DNA of 64,000 nt from Lama guanicoe (taxonomy: Eukaryota): positions 2,746,399 to 2,810,398 of the forward strand of contig MU053934.1 in the NCBI GenBank assembly GCA_013239625.1, written 5' to 3'. A program made the position numbers and the translations under genes. Below are positions 37,401 to 49,420 of this stretch, one piece after another (position 1 is the stretch's first letter; every line of letters starts with the position of its first letter). The notes under the pieces were generated by a model. It made no database searches, was not told the origin of the DNA, and was given only the letters and a program-made list of their open reading frames with translations.

Positions 37401-37626
37401 CAACCCACCCCAGCTGAAGTGCCAGACTTGTGGGTGAAGCCATCTTGGTCCCCCAGTTGCATTTAAATCCCAGCTGAGTGTAGCCATGTGATTAACCTTC
37501 AAATGATACGACATGGAGCAAAAGAACTACCCAACCACCCAACCCAAAGAGTCATTAGAAACAGTATATCGTTGAAGGTTAAGTTTTGAGATGGTTTTTC
37601 CCCTAGTAATAGGTAGTTGAAACATA
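34407..37626 (+). mobile_element. MaLR (MLT1H-like) element: LTR, internal region, LTR, short internal region, LTR
   Basis: LTR1 ~34407-34881 (ends AAAACTAACACA). The internal region starts GACATTGGCACCTAGAAG and ends ...GGGTAGAC at ~36523. LTR2 ~36524-36961 (ends AAAACTGATACA). LTR3 ~37140-37626 (ends AATAGGTAGTTGAAACA). Confidence 0.75.
35231..35503 (+). mobile_element. L1 3' end nested in the MaLR internal region, with probable TSD
   Basis: CACAGATATAGAGAACAAATTGATGGTTACCAGTGGGGAGAGG...GTACAACACAGGGAAGATAGCC... Flanked by AAAGAAAGAAC (35220-35230) and AAAGAAGGAAC (35504-35514). Confidence 0.8.
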
Positions 37627-37819
37627 CCCCAACAATTTCCCTTTGGGGTAGCGGCACATGGCCCTCCAACAAATCCCTCTAAAGAAAAATCTTCATCCTT
37701 CAACTTCTCTGCCTCTCCAACGTTAACCTTCTTATAGCTTCCAGTAGATGAGAGGCCGAGGGTCACAAAACTGTTTTTTGGCCCTTTCATTTCTGCAAGT
37801 CCTGCATGAGGGATCTAGG

Positions 37820-37970
37820 TCAGAGGTTGGCAAATTATAGCTCAAATTCTGTCAACTACCTTCCCCCCATCAGTTTGATTGAGATATAATTTGGTTAATG
37901 GCTCATGAACTCTGACCTACAAAGCCTAAAGTATTTAATATCTGGCCTTTTAAGAAAAAAATTTCCAATC
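37820..37970 (+). mobile_element. MER58-like hAT MITE fragment
   Basis: CAGAGGTTGGCAAATTATAGC...AAAGCCTAAAGTATTTAATATCTGGCCTTTTAAGAAAAAA. Confidence 0.6.
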
Positions 37971-39331
37971 TAGAATCTCGCTTTGGTATGTGGGAACAGC
38001 TGGCAGCTCTTGTCTGGGACCCTCAGCTATAAATTAGGTGGAAATACTTCCATGTTAACATACTGTTACAGGTGCTTGACAAATAGATTGTCAAATGGCC
38101 AAATAAACTCGAGAAATGCACAGTGGAAAAAAACAAAAGGTAAATAAGATTCTTTAATTGCAGCCTTCTCTCCAAGGGGGCAAAACGAGGCTGATAATAT
38201 GTTGCTTTCCTAAATATTCTGGAACCTTTTCCACTGGAGGATCTTCTGTGATTTGTGTTCCGTGGGACACACTTTGGGACCTCCTGTTTCCCGATGCAAA
38301 AGATGGTGGACATTCAGAAAAGTGCCCAGGAACCAGGCTGAATGACTAATCCTGTTTCTCCATCTTGACCCTCTTACCCTCCTTCTTTCCCGGGGTTATC
38401 TACCTGTCTGCCCATCTGCTCAGAGACCATCTAATTCATACTAGGCTGTGAGAGACTTAATGTTCTCTAGTGGAGGTGAGGGCAGGGTTGGGGATTTAGC
38501 TTTTGAAGGATGACAGGGAAGGGCAAAGATGAATCTAGAGATGCTCACTTGCTCTCTTTTTTGTTGCCATCAAAGTTGTGATTTGTCACCCATTACCTCT
38601 CCTATAACAGTTCTGGAGTGAGCAGATTTCTTTATGATCAGAAGGAATATTTTATGCCAGGAGGAAATTGATCTGCTCAGACTTGCTGCATATTCCCCTG
38701 ACATGACAGGCTCCTCGGTCAAGGGGTGTTTTAAGTTCCAGCTTCTTCCTTTGATTACATTCAAAAGGTCCCAACAATGCTGAGCCATCATTTCTGCTCC
38801 TAAGAGCTTTTCTCTCATTTGCCATCATCCCAGGGACTAAAAAAGAATTAACTTGCGGTGGAAACGCTAGAGGAGTGCTTTCTTCTCTTCGCAAAGCTAA
38901 TTTTGGTCTGGAGGAAGATTTATGCAGGAAGATTAGAGAATACGTTAAAAAAGAAGTCGTGGTTGTGTTTATTTTCAGCTACTTTTGCCCATATGACATT
39001 TGCAGCTGCTCCAGCGTAGGACCTAGACACATAAAACTTTGATGATTTAGCCCAATCTTTTCTTGGACCAGCATAACATTTCTACCTCCAATTTACTGGA
39101 GTGCTGAATGACCAAGAGGCATTCTGAGTGACATATACTGCCCTGTATGTTCAATGAAAGTCAAATTAAATGAGGCTTCGTCACGGTTACATGTATGCAG
39201 AGTTCAGTGTCCAGGTGGAATTTAAGAATAGAATTTGGGGCTTAATGATGGAATCTTGGGGTGATTCTTAGGCCTAGAAGCCCTCTCTCTACAAAAATGG
39301 GTGAAGGGACCCATTCATATGGAACTGATTT

Positions 39332-39375
39332 TGTGTGCGCGCGCGCGTGTGTGTGTGTGTGTGTGTATGTGTGTG
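39332..39375. repeat. (TG)n/(CG)n compound microsatellite
   Basis: TGTGTGCGCGCGCGCGTGTGTG...GTATGTGTGTG, 44 bp of uninterrupted purine-pyrimidine alternation. Confidence 0.95.
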
Positions 39376-40259
39376 AATGGTGGATATCGAGTCAGCAGAC
39401 TATGATTGGGCCCCTCCTGGTTCTGACACTGTCTCGGCTGCCCCCGGGATGTCCACATGTCTCACCTGCCATGATAGGGGAGGGAGCCCAAAGGGAGCAA
39501 GTTACCTAGGGCTGGCTGTCTACCAGGTGTGCTCTGGTGCTTTATAATTGCTCTTCCTGTGAGCCTAATAAGCTGGCACCGGGCTGCACATCTGACTCAG
39601 CTCTGGGTGTGCCAGCCAATTCAGCTCTGAGGGCCAGACCCAGCCTGTGGTGTCCGCACAGGACGGCTGCCCCCTGCCACTTCCACTCCATCCTCAGAGG
39701 CCAGGCTGAGCAGCTAGTGCCTAGCACCGGGAAGCAGGGTCACATCCATGCTTGCTGGGCCTGAGTCTCCAGTGATGGAGGGGCTTCCTCCCTCCAGGTG
39801 AGAAGGATGCTGGTTTGCGCCAGGTCGACCTCTCTGCCAGTGACTCTGCCCAGAGCAGGAAGGGCCTCAGGCACATCCCCAGAATGGAACAGGAGTGGTT
39901 GGGGGAGGGGAGGGCCTGAAACACGGCTGTCAGAGCTCGCCTGGAGCTGCCAGGCAGGCCTCCCTTAGTGGGAACCCACGGCAGACCTTTCCATCAGGCA
40001 GGCTGCTACAGAGGGAAATGTAAACCAAACCCAGGAAAGATGAAAAGGAGATCCCTTTACTCCCAATTCTCAACCCTCCCTCAACTCCCCGTCACGTGTG
40101 GAAGGAACCCCCAGCTCCTTCCCAGAACAAGCTTCCCACAAGCTCTGGGTGTCCCAGCCGCCCTCCCTCTGACCTCACCTCCCATCTCAGCCCGTCCTCC
40201 GTCCTCCGTCGCTGTGTACTCCAGGGGCCCTGGCGGCCCTGCTGGCCCCAGGACACGAT

Positions 40260-40632
40260 GCCACGCGTGTTCTCACTTCCGGGCCTTTACCCTAGCTCCT
40301 CCCTCCACCCCGAACCTTCTTCTCCCATACATCCTATCCTGATGTCTCTCTCCCGCTTCATCAGGGTCTCTGCGCAAATGTTGCCTCCTGGGAGAGGCCA
40401 TCCCTGGCCACCGTGTCTACAGTGGCATCCAGCCCTCCCTCTGTTTCTCTTTCTCTTCTTACTTGCTTTTGTTTCTTTAAGGCTCTTCCGCTGCTTGACT
40501 GGGGATTGCATGTTCATTTCTCCATCCTTTGTCTCCCCAACTAGGAAGAAGACCTCAGAGGTTTCCCCACCCCCTAGAACGGTGTCTGGCAAAATGAAGC
40601 ACTCAGTAAATATTTATTGAATGAATGGATGG
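40260..40632 (+). mobile_element. L2 LINE 3' end
   Basis: CCTAGAACGGTGTCTGGC...GCACTCAGTAAATATTTATTGAATGAATGGATGG tail. One of many L2 fragments (others near 1-400, 4170-4480, 11090-11250, 60160-60620, 61790-62070). Confidence 0.8.
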
Positions 40633-41164
40633 ATCCCTGGGAGGGTGGAGGTAACTCAGTATAAATGGTGTCCTAGGACGGGACAATGGCTTTTCTGAGT
40701 GAAGGGAGATGCCTGGAGGGAAAGGTGGAGTTTGACCCCCAGCCCTCGGGACAGACGGGGCGTGGCTACTCCCACCACTCCTCACCGGGGTGCATCTGAT
40801 ACACTGTGTTCACGACTCCAAAGTTTAATTTAGCCGATGTCTTGGCTGCAAGCAAGAGCTGGTAAATTTAGTTGGAGGATTAAGGAACGTATAAGATGCA
40901 TAGTTCCTTAAAAGGAGCTGGATGTCAGGGGAGAAGGAAAGCGGAGGCATCCCGAAGTTGGCCGTGAAAGGAGAGGCACGGGCCCTCCCAGAGAAGAGCC
41001 GGCCAAGGGACCGCGTTTGCTGAATCTTCTGAGGGCGCAGCATCTTCCTCCTCGTGGGGGTGGCGGAGGGCGAGAACAGGGACGCAGTATGTCCCGAGTC
41101 GCCAAGCAACCCAGAGCTACCTGCTGACCAGGGGAGCGGCAGCTCTAGAGCAACCATGCAGCCC

Positions 41165-41830
41165 AGAAACCATAAATAAACGGGTTGACAAATTTGACTG
41201 CAGAAAACGCAAAACTTCTGCGAGGCAAAAAAAAGAAAAAAGAAAAAAAAAGCCATTAACAAAGTCAAAAGCAAACAACAAAATGGACAGAAACATATTT
41301 GCAACACACACAATAGAAAAGGGGCCGGTTGGTGCTGATTTACAGAGCGCTCATAATGAATGAGAAAATGATGAACAATCCAATAGGAAAAAAAAAAAAA
41401 AAGAGTCCCGGGACATTAAAAGGGAGGGTAGAAGGAAAAGAAATACAGATGGCTAATAAATGTATAAAAATCTGCTCAGCCTCATCTACCATCAGGGAAA
41501 CAAAAATAGAAATGAAATACTCTTTTTACTTGTCGATGGGCAAGAATGTTAAAGTATGTTCATATCCAGCAATGGCAATGAAGAGAGGAAATGTAAATTT
41601 CCCTTTTAGGAGGGAAATTGGGCAATTTCTATCCAAATTAAAAAATGCACAAGCCCTTTGACCCAGAAATTCCACCCTCAGACGGTTACCCTATGGATAC
41701 TTAGACAATTTCCTTAAGGGAATGTTTATTTCAGAAGGTTTTGATAACAGCAAAAATAACTATCAACAATTTAAATTTCCATCAATGGGAGACACTTACG
41801 GATTAGCCATACAGTGAAATATACCATTGG
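41165..41830 (+). mobile_element. Ancient L1 (L1ME-type) ORF2 3'/3'UTR remnant
   Basis: AAACATATTTGCAACACA...ATACAGATGGCTAATAAATGTATAAAAATCTGCTCAGCCTC...CCCTTTGACCCAGAAATTCCAC. Confidence 0.75.
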
Positions 41831-42854
41831 AGGTTTGTTTGTTTTGGTTTTTGTTTGGGTTTTTTTTTTAACATGAACATCATTTGTTTTTGTTTTAAAA
41901 ATGTTTATGGGTATAATCTGGGTCACAGGGCGATTAACCTGTTTTTATTTTTGACTTTAAAAAACCCCTATCACATGTAATATAAGACGAAATAGAAAAA
42001 CCTGCACCTGGTTTTCAGCAAGTGGAGTACCAGACACGAAGTCTGAAGATTGCACCTGAATGACTGCCATTTGTTAGGCTGTGGGATGACTCTGGGTGAG
42101 TCATTTCATTTCCTTGGGCCTCACTGGTTTCCTTTGTAAAAGGGGAGGAATAATTCCTATTTTGTATTGTGACTTTGGGCAAGTGATTTTACTTCTCAGA
42201 GACTCGGGCTCTTTGTCCATAAAATATGGATAATAATATTACTCACTTTAAGGGATGGTTGAGAAGAGTAAATAAAATAACATGTGTAAAGCATTTAACA
42301 CAGCATCTAAGTGAGAGGTGCCTAGTTATGGGTGATGATGATGATGATGGAAGACGAGTAGGAAAAAAAGACCAGGAGCAGAGGAGGGACCACTATGAGG
42401 TGAATAAAAAGGAGGGGGAAAAGGAGACCAGTTGGAGGCTCCTGAGTGCGGGCACTTTGATTCATTAGCTCATGCAATTCTACTAATTATGCCATGAGGT
42501 CTACACTAAGGTGACCACTTCATCTGCATTTGATGATCAAGGAAATAGAGGTCACTGTTGAGACTTGTCCAAGGTCACCAGCAGCTAATAGTAGAGCCAG
42601 CATTTGCTTTGTAATTTTTCTTAATAAAGAGCCAGCATTTGAATATTCAACGCTGAAGACCTTTTTGGTTCCAAGCCTCCCTATAGTACCCAGCACCATG
42701 CTTGGCACATAGTTGGTGATCAGTAAGTCAGAATTTGTCTCTTGAGTTTTTATCCCTCTAAATTATGCCTTGGGAGTTGCTCCAAGGCCTGTGGCCCATT
42801 TCTTTGTGAGCCCCCAATGAGGAAGGTAGTCTTCCTTCCAGAGCATTATTAAGC

Positions 42855-43325
42855 TATTATCTCAGCTCCAAATCCACCTTTACCTGTGTTCCACTCTGTG
42901 GTGCTGGGGCTGGGACTGCAAATCCATTTCTTTGCAGCCAGCTGCCTCCTGTTGGGCCCTGCCACTAGTGGGCGCCGGAGGGAGACTGCGAAGCTGGAAG
43001 GAGAAGGGCCTTGGGTTCTCCCTTCCGGCTGCTGTTCTGAGCATCATCCGGCCTCACTTCTGCACCCTAGCAATGGCCTTTCATCTCCACGGCAACATTT
43101 GTTACCATCTTCAGTTTTTTCCAGCACCCCCAAACCAGCCCCATTGCATTCCCTTCAGATCCCAGAGCCAGCTGGGTAGTGTCCCCTCCCCAGCTGCCTG
43201 GATCTCAGCTCTCTGGAGTCCCTTCTCTGAACCTCTAGGTCCTAAGACCCGTCTGAACAATTCCCTCTAGTAAATTCTCTGTGAAAAGAACTGGTGTGCT
43301 TTCTTCTTTGGGGGCTAGACCCTGG
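42855..43325. mobile_element. ERVL-class LTR (LTR33-like)
   Basis: CTCAGCTCCAAATCCACC...CTCTGTGGTGCTGGGGCTGGGACTGCAAA...CTGCCACTAGTGGGCGCCGGAGGGAGACTG resembles the LTR33 consensus as recalled. Confidence 0.6.
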
Positions 43326-43933
43326 GTGATGCACAAGGTAAATTGGATTTGGGGCAGTAACCATTCTTTAGACCCCACTCTTGGGGAAGAAGAAGGAGGA
43401 GGAGGAGAGGGAAGGGAAAGGGAGGGAGAGGGGCCATCTAAATACCATTTTGCGTCAGAAATGACTCCTGACCTTGAAGAAATGAGATAGATTTTCTCAT
43501 ATGACTTACCGATCTGTCTCCCTCCCCCTGGTTTTGGTTTCTACCTTTACAACCCGACAGGAAGGGTGTGAGCAGAAGATGAAGGTGGAGCACAGAAAGT
43601 CCAGTTTCCTTGCGGGTAATGGACAAGGCCTTCCCTGGAGCCTGGATCTGTCAACACCTTCACTCTGGCCTCAAGCTGGGAAGGGGATGTTGTGATCCCT
43701 TTACTCTTCTGACCCAGCCAGGGCCACAGCCGTTCTACATTTATCCTCAGAATGCAGGCAGAATCAGCCTGAATCTGTCAAAAGACTTCACTAAACCCTA
43801 AGGGAGCGCAGCTGAGAAGTAAACACAGCGACGGCATGCATTTAGGCACGTCTTGCTCAGATCTCCACCCAGTGTTCGGAACCTGCTTGTGGTCTATCAG
43901 TCAAGAGAATCTAGAGAAAGATTGCTTTGATCA

Positions 43934-44401
43934 TGTGCCCATGATGCACAAAGTCAAACTCTGACAGCAGGTGTTTGCAGCAAAGTAAGAGTTTATTGCA
44001 GGGCACCAAGCGAGGGAGTGGGAGACAAGCCCCAGATCCACTCCAGCATGATCTTTGATTTGGGGGTGTTTTTAAAGGGGAAGAACAAAGAAGCTGGGAT
44101 TAATCGTCATCTCGGGACATTTCTTAATCATGGTTTTGGGGATGGGGGTGACTCTGGTTTATTAATCTCTGGCCAGGTGGTCCATGGCTCGGGGACCTAT
44201 GAGCTCATCTTGCCCTGGACAAACAACCTGAGTTTGTCCGTTAATGATGATATTGACAACAGCAATTTAGTCATCTGACTTTGGTTGATTAGTGTTCAGG
44301 TAGCACAGGATTAAGGTCAGAGGGGACAAGAAAGGGTTTGGATAGAGAGAGAAATCATAAGCTCGGTAGGGGAACTCTATTTTGGGGGAGGCTCGGTTTC
44401 A
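43934..44401 (-). mobile_element. ERV1-class solo LTR (probably lineage-restricted)
   Basis: The minus strand starts TGAAACCGAGCCTCCCCC at 44401, has TATA-like TTTAAAAAC (~44068-44076) and AATAAA (43992-43997) in LTR order. The left boundary is uncertain. Confidence 0.6.
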
Positions 44402-46267
44402 GGTTATGAGGATGCTGATAACAGTGAGTTAATTCATATTAACCCACTTAACCACCTTCTGAGACAGACTTTATTCTTAGCTCCATTTTACAGATGACAA
44501 AACTGAGCCACAATGAGGTTAAGTACTTTTCTGAAGTCACTCAGGTGGTAGGTAGCATGCTGGGATTTGAACCCAATTTGTCTGGGTCCAGAGCCCCTTT
44601 TAGGATGTCCGTCTTCTCCAGGTGGCTCACCCTGCAGGGGCCCGACCTGACTTAGCTAATGCCACTGACCAAAAGCTTACTTCTTCCCAAGGCAGCCTGG
44701 CCCATTAGAAACTCTTTATAAGGAGCTGGCATTTCCTTCTACTCCTATTCCTGGAATTTCCTTTTAAAGACACAGAGATTGAATCTATGGTTCTTCAAAG
44801 CCAGCATGAGTCTCTTGAGTTTTCTCCTCTTCTCACATTGCTGAGGTTCATGCTGCTTCCTAGCAGTATGACCTTGAACTGGTTACCCACTGTGTGCCTC
44901 AGTTTCCTCATCTGTAGAATGGGAACCATAGGAATCTGTACCTCACTGGGTACTTTACATGGAAAGCCCCTGGAGCAGTGCTGAACGCCCTAAAGGTGGG
45001 CTGCTTTTGTTGTTCTGCAGCCTTCACATCCCCAACCTTTCAAATGGGGATGACATTCAGTCTTGCTCAGTACACAGTGGCTGCACGGAATCAGCCAGGG
45101 ACTTTGTGATCCTGCCTCCTCCCTGTCCCTCCCCTGAGACCCTCCCCTGGAGATTCCTTCAGCCTGCTACCTGATCTTCCAGCTTCTGGTCTTGCCCTGC
45201 TCCCCACCCTCCACTTCCCCATCTTCCCCTTGGCTTCCTTGGTGTTCTAGGTAAGACATAAATCCTATCCAGTCCCTCCTCTGCTCGGCTCCCTCCCCAG
45301 CCTCCTTCGTTTGACTTTAAAGGCCCCTCTTGGTCTGTCCTCTGCTGACGTCTCTGCCTCTCCTCTCCTCTCTCTCCCTTCCTGCTCCATTTTCAGTCAA
45401 TTAACCAACTCCTAGGTCTCTAAGCTTCGCCTGACTTTGAGCTGCACCTGCCTCCTGCCAGATTCCCCAGGGCCCAGCACAGGGCCTGGCACACAGCAGA
45501 GGCTCCTTAAAGCCTGGTCCATGGACGTGCTCGTGGGATAACGCGGAGTGAATGCTCTAAGCCAGCGTGGCATCCATGTCCGTTGATGTCGTTATTTTTT
45601 CAGGGGTCATATTCAAAATCTGTAACCACACTTGTCTGGTCCACAGCAGTGTCCTGGAGGCTGCCTGATGTACCAGGCATTAACCCTTTAGTTGCCGGAT
45701 TCTGAGGACGCTCTGGAGGTCCAGGGGGGAGAGTCAGGGGGGCAGGTCCACAGGCATAAAGGGGCAATGCTTTTTAGCTGAGTGATGTAGAAGCATATCA
45801 GTGTTGTGACAATGGCATAGCTGTGCCTACTTCTCCTTCTCCATCCCTGGTCCCTGCTCCCTCCCCTCTCCCCAGCAACCTCAGGTCTTGCCCTATTGCT
45901 CCGTGGCCACCTCCCACCCATCACTATTTGGAGACTTTTATTTTGAAGACTGTACAATGTTAGGGTGACCCATTTTTTCTTACAGAGTTTGTCCACAGGG
46001 CTTGGAAATCCTCCCTCCCCACATGGCACTGAGGACACCCATCTGGCCTGGTTTTTTAGCCTAAAAGCCCCTCAGCTCTGGGGCCACACATGCAGGCTGG
46101 GTGACAGGGAGCTCGCAGCCTATTCCCCACCTCTCCCCAGCTCACACTAAACAAACAGCAGGATGACAGGCAAAATAATGATTTGCCACCTGAGTCCTCC
46201 ATACAAATAGGTCTGCAAATTGGATTAGCCTTTGAGACACAGTTTAGTAACAACATTTTAAAAAAAG

Positions 46268-46390
46268 AAGGGTGAATATGAAAACAAATATGTGTATATA
46301 TATGTATGACTGGGACATTATACTGTGTACTGGAAATTGACACATTGTAACTGACTGTACTTCAATTAAAAAAAAAGGAAAAAAAAAAAA
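46268..46390 (+). mobile_element. Short, relatively young L1 3' end with A-tail (camelid-style)
   Basis: TATGACTGGGACATTATACTGTGTACTGGAAATTGACACATTGTAACTGACTGTACTTCAATT followed by long A runs. Confidence 0.7.
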
Positions 46391-47899
46391 GGAAGAGGGT
46401 TGTCCCTCTGGAGATGAGAATTGAGAGCTTTTGGGCTGATGGGAGCCATTGACCTTATACCAGGTACTCAGCCTCTCCAGGCCTCTAGTCCCCTCGGGCC
46501 AGGGGAGATGGCAGTCTCCAAAGGTAAACCCTCTCCTATGTGTCTGTTGCTTCATGGTCTCCGTGGCGCTCAATGGACGCCCATGGGTACATCAGGAAAC
46601 CATATTTGAATGTGTGACAAAGTTAGAAACGTCTGCAAGAGAAGCATCAGGAAATTGTTGAGGTCAGCCTTACATGGAAGGGAATTGCCCTTTGAGGATG
46701 TGGAGTGTATCACTCTGGCTGTTCCGAGTTTCAGTTTCCTTGTGAATAAAACAGGGGCTGTTGCAGCTGGCAGTGCTGAATGAGCCAGGTAAAGCTCCTG
46801 GCCAGCGCGTGGCCCCTGCACCTCCGTTCTCCATCAGGTGGCGCTCTGGGCCCCCGGCCGCATGGTGTAGGGGAAACAGCAGGCACTTTGAAATGAGAAG
46901 GATGCAAATAAAGTCCCAGCTCAGCTCTGTGACCTGGGGCAGTTCATTTTCCTCTCCAAGCTGCAGTTTCCTCATCTCTGCAATGAGAGGAATGACGCAA
47001 AGGAAAGAAAAAAAAATGCATTGCCAAATAAAAAAATTAAATAAAATGCCTGTTATGCTTTATTCCTGGAGGAGTTGGTAGAAGAAAACTTCTTAAATAC
47101 TTTGATTAATTTTTGTGATGTTGTTAGAAAGGAGAGGCCTCCCGGGCACAGCCTGGATGAAAGACGTTTATACACACAGAAAGCAATAAACCACTTTGTA
47201 GAAAAAGGTAGAAGCATTGGATTCTTCTCCCTCCTGAGCACAAGCTGACATTATGGAGAAAAATATATATAAACAGTATAATCTGACAAGGACAAAGAGA
47301 ATAGAAAGAGGACATCAAGAGATGAGAGACTGCAGCACACTTTTAGAAGAGGAATTTGTTTGGGATGATGGTAACATATTTAGAAAGGCAACAGAAACTA
47401 GGGCACACAGAAGGGGACTCCAGAGCAAGGAAAACGAGTGAGCCTCCAGAACCCCAGCAAGGTCCAGGACTGAAGGGGTGCAGTTGGAGAGGACTATGGG
47501 CTGAGTTGAGAGCCAGCAGTCAAGTGCTAACCCTTGAGCCTCCTGTAGGAGGTTCATTCTCTGGAGATCATGGAGGGGAGACTCTCAGGACACCAAGTCT
47601 ACCAGCATGACAGAGGACAGGGGCAACACCCTAGGCTGTATATGGCATTAATTAGAAATCTGCATCCCAAATGGTCAGAACATCCTCCTGATTCTCCCAC
47701 CCCCAATCCACTATTGCCCACTCCTATATTCCAAGCATAAAGTCCACTGCAAGACAAGTTACTGGAAAATTTGCTAGAGAGAAAGACTTACCCATGCTAT
47801 CTTTGTGAGGGTTCCCAACAACATAGCTGCCTCCCTGTCTCAACACCCAAATGGACACCTGTCAATCCACAAGCCCTCATCCACACTTGCAGAGCTTCT

Positions 47900-49420
47900 G
47901 ATCTGCCTTATTAGTGCATTTGTCTTAAATGCTAGTGACCAAAGAGCATTAGACACATGAGGAAAGCCATCACTGGAAAACAGAGACATCAAACTGAAAT
48001 GATAAAAGAAAAAGAAACTGGAAGAAACACGGAACCACTAGCTTGGACTCAAGAATAAGTCATTTGTATCAAAATGACTCCAGTCAAGCCACAGATGCAT
48101 GGCATGTTTATTGTTGTATGCCACTGAGATTTTGTGTTTGTTTGTTACACAGCAAAATCTGATTAATACAAACCATAAAACAAGAAGGAAGCTATGGTAA
48201 CTGAGCAGAGGACAAGAGAGAGATCTTGAAACTTAACATAATGTAGCCAAAATAAGAATTTCAGTAGCAGCTTTGGAAAATAAGTCACAGAAACACTTTT
48301 GGGGGTATGATAGGAACAAATGGAGACAAAAAAATAGGAGAGAGAAAAAGAGACAGAAAAAAAAATCCAGGCTGTCTGACATTTGACTTACAAGGATTAA
48401 AGAAAAAGAGAGCAGAGAAAATTATCAAAGAATAATTAAAGTTCCACAAAATGAAGACCATGAGACGCCAGATTGAGTAGGTTTACCAGATACTAATAAA
48501 ATGAATGAGAAATAATCCACACCACAAATATCACCATGTAACCTCAGAAGACCAGAGAAAAAGAGAAGTCCCAAAAGCTTCCAAGATGAAAAAATAGGTT
48601 TAATACATTGAAACAAAAGTAAGAATGAAGTTGATATTTCTGTTTTCCCCAAGATCTATACAGGATGCTAGAAAGCAGTGGAAAATTGCTTTTGATATTC
48701 TGTTGAAAATTATTTTCAACAAATAAATCTATACCCAGCTAAGCCCAATCAAGTGTGAGGATGGAGTGAAGACCTTTCCAGGCATGCAAGGACTCAGAAC
48801 ATTAACCTCCAATGCATTCATTCTTAGGGAGATATCATAATGGAGAAAAGCCTCAGAAAGGAATGGGGAGGCTGAGAGAACAGCCAGTTAGGATATGGGT
48901 CGGCAGTCAGAGAACTTTGAGAAAAAAGTGGATTTGGTAGAGTAGATAATATATTAGGTAAAATGATGGAGATCCTGGAAAGAATTAACAGTATATATTA
49001 GGAACATTCTGGCAAGTAAAAGTCAAAGCAGTTACTAACTCCTGGAAAAACAAAAGTTGCCTACAAGAAAATTTAATCATAATACGTATGATGAATCCTA
49101 AATAAGTAAAATATATAGTCATGGACTTGTACACAAGGATTATTATTTTAACTAAAAGTAGTTTTATAAATATTTTGGGAGGGTGGGAAGAGAGAGGAGT
49201 ATTGCAATGTATGTGTGTGGGTGTGTGCACCCATGCAAGAATAATGAATTCTCATTTACCATAAGAGGGAACCAATATGGATTATTTTAAAATCAAGCAA
49301 CCAAGCAAGCAAGTAAGTAAGCAAAAGTAGCAATATAAGCTTTCAATTTAGAAATATAGAGGAATTTAGAGGAAATAATGGAAAAGGTTTAAGTAGTTCC
49401 TTTGGGGATGGGAAAGGGAG
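47900..49420 (+). mobile_element. Decayed L1 ORF1/HAL1-like remnant with an embedded MLT1 3' fragment (~48035-48170)
   Basis: A-rich strand with ORF1-like remnants (GCTAGAAAGCAGTGG...ATTATTTTCAAC...CTATACCCAGCTAAG...CATGCAAGGACTCAGAA) and no intact frame. Confidence 0.6.

Noticed and set aside
42960..42976. CTCF-like TGCCACTAGTGGGCGCC in the LTR33-like element
   Set aside because: Has T at the conserved purine after AG; likely a decayed TE-derived site.
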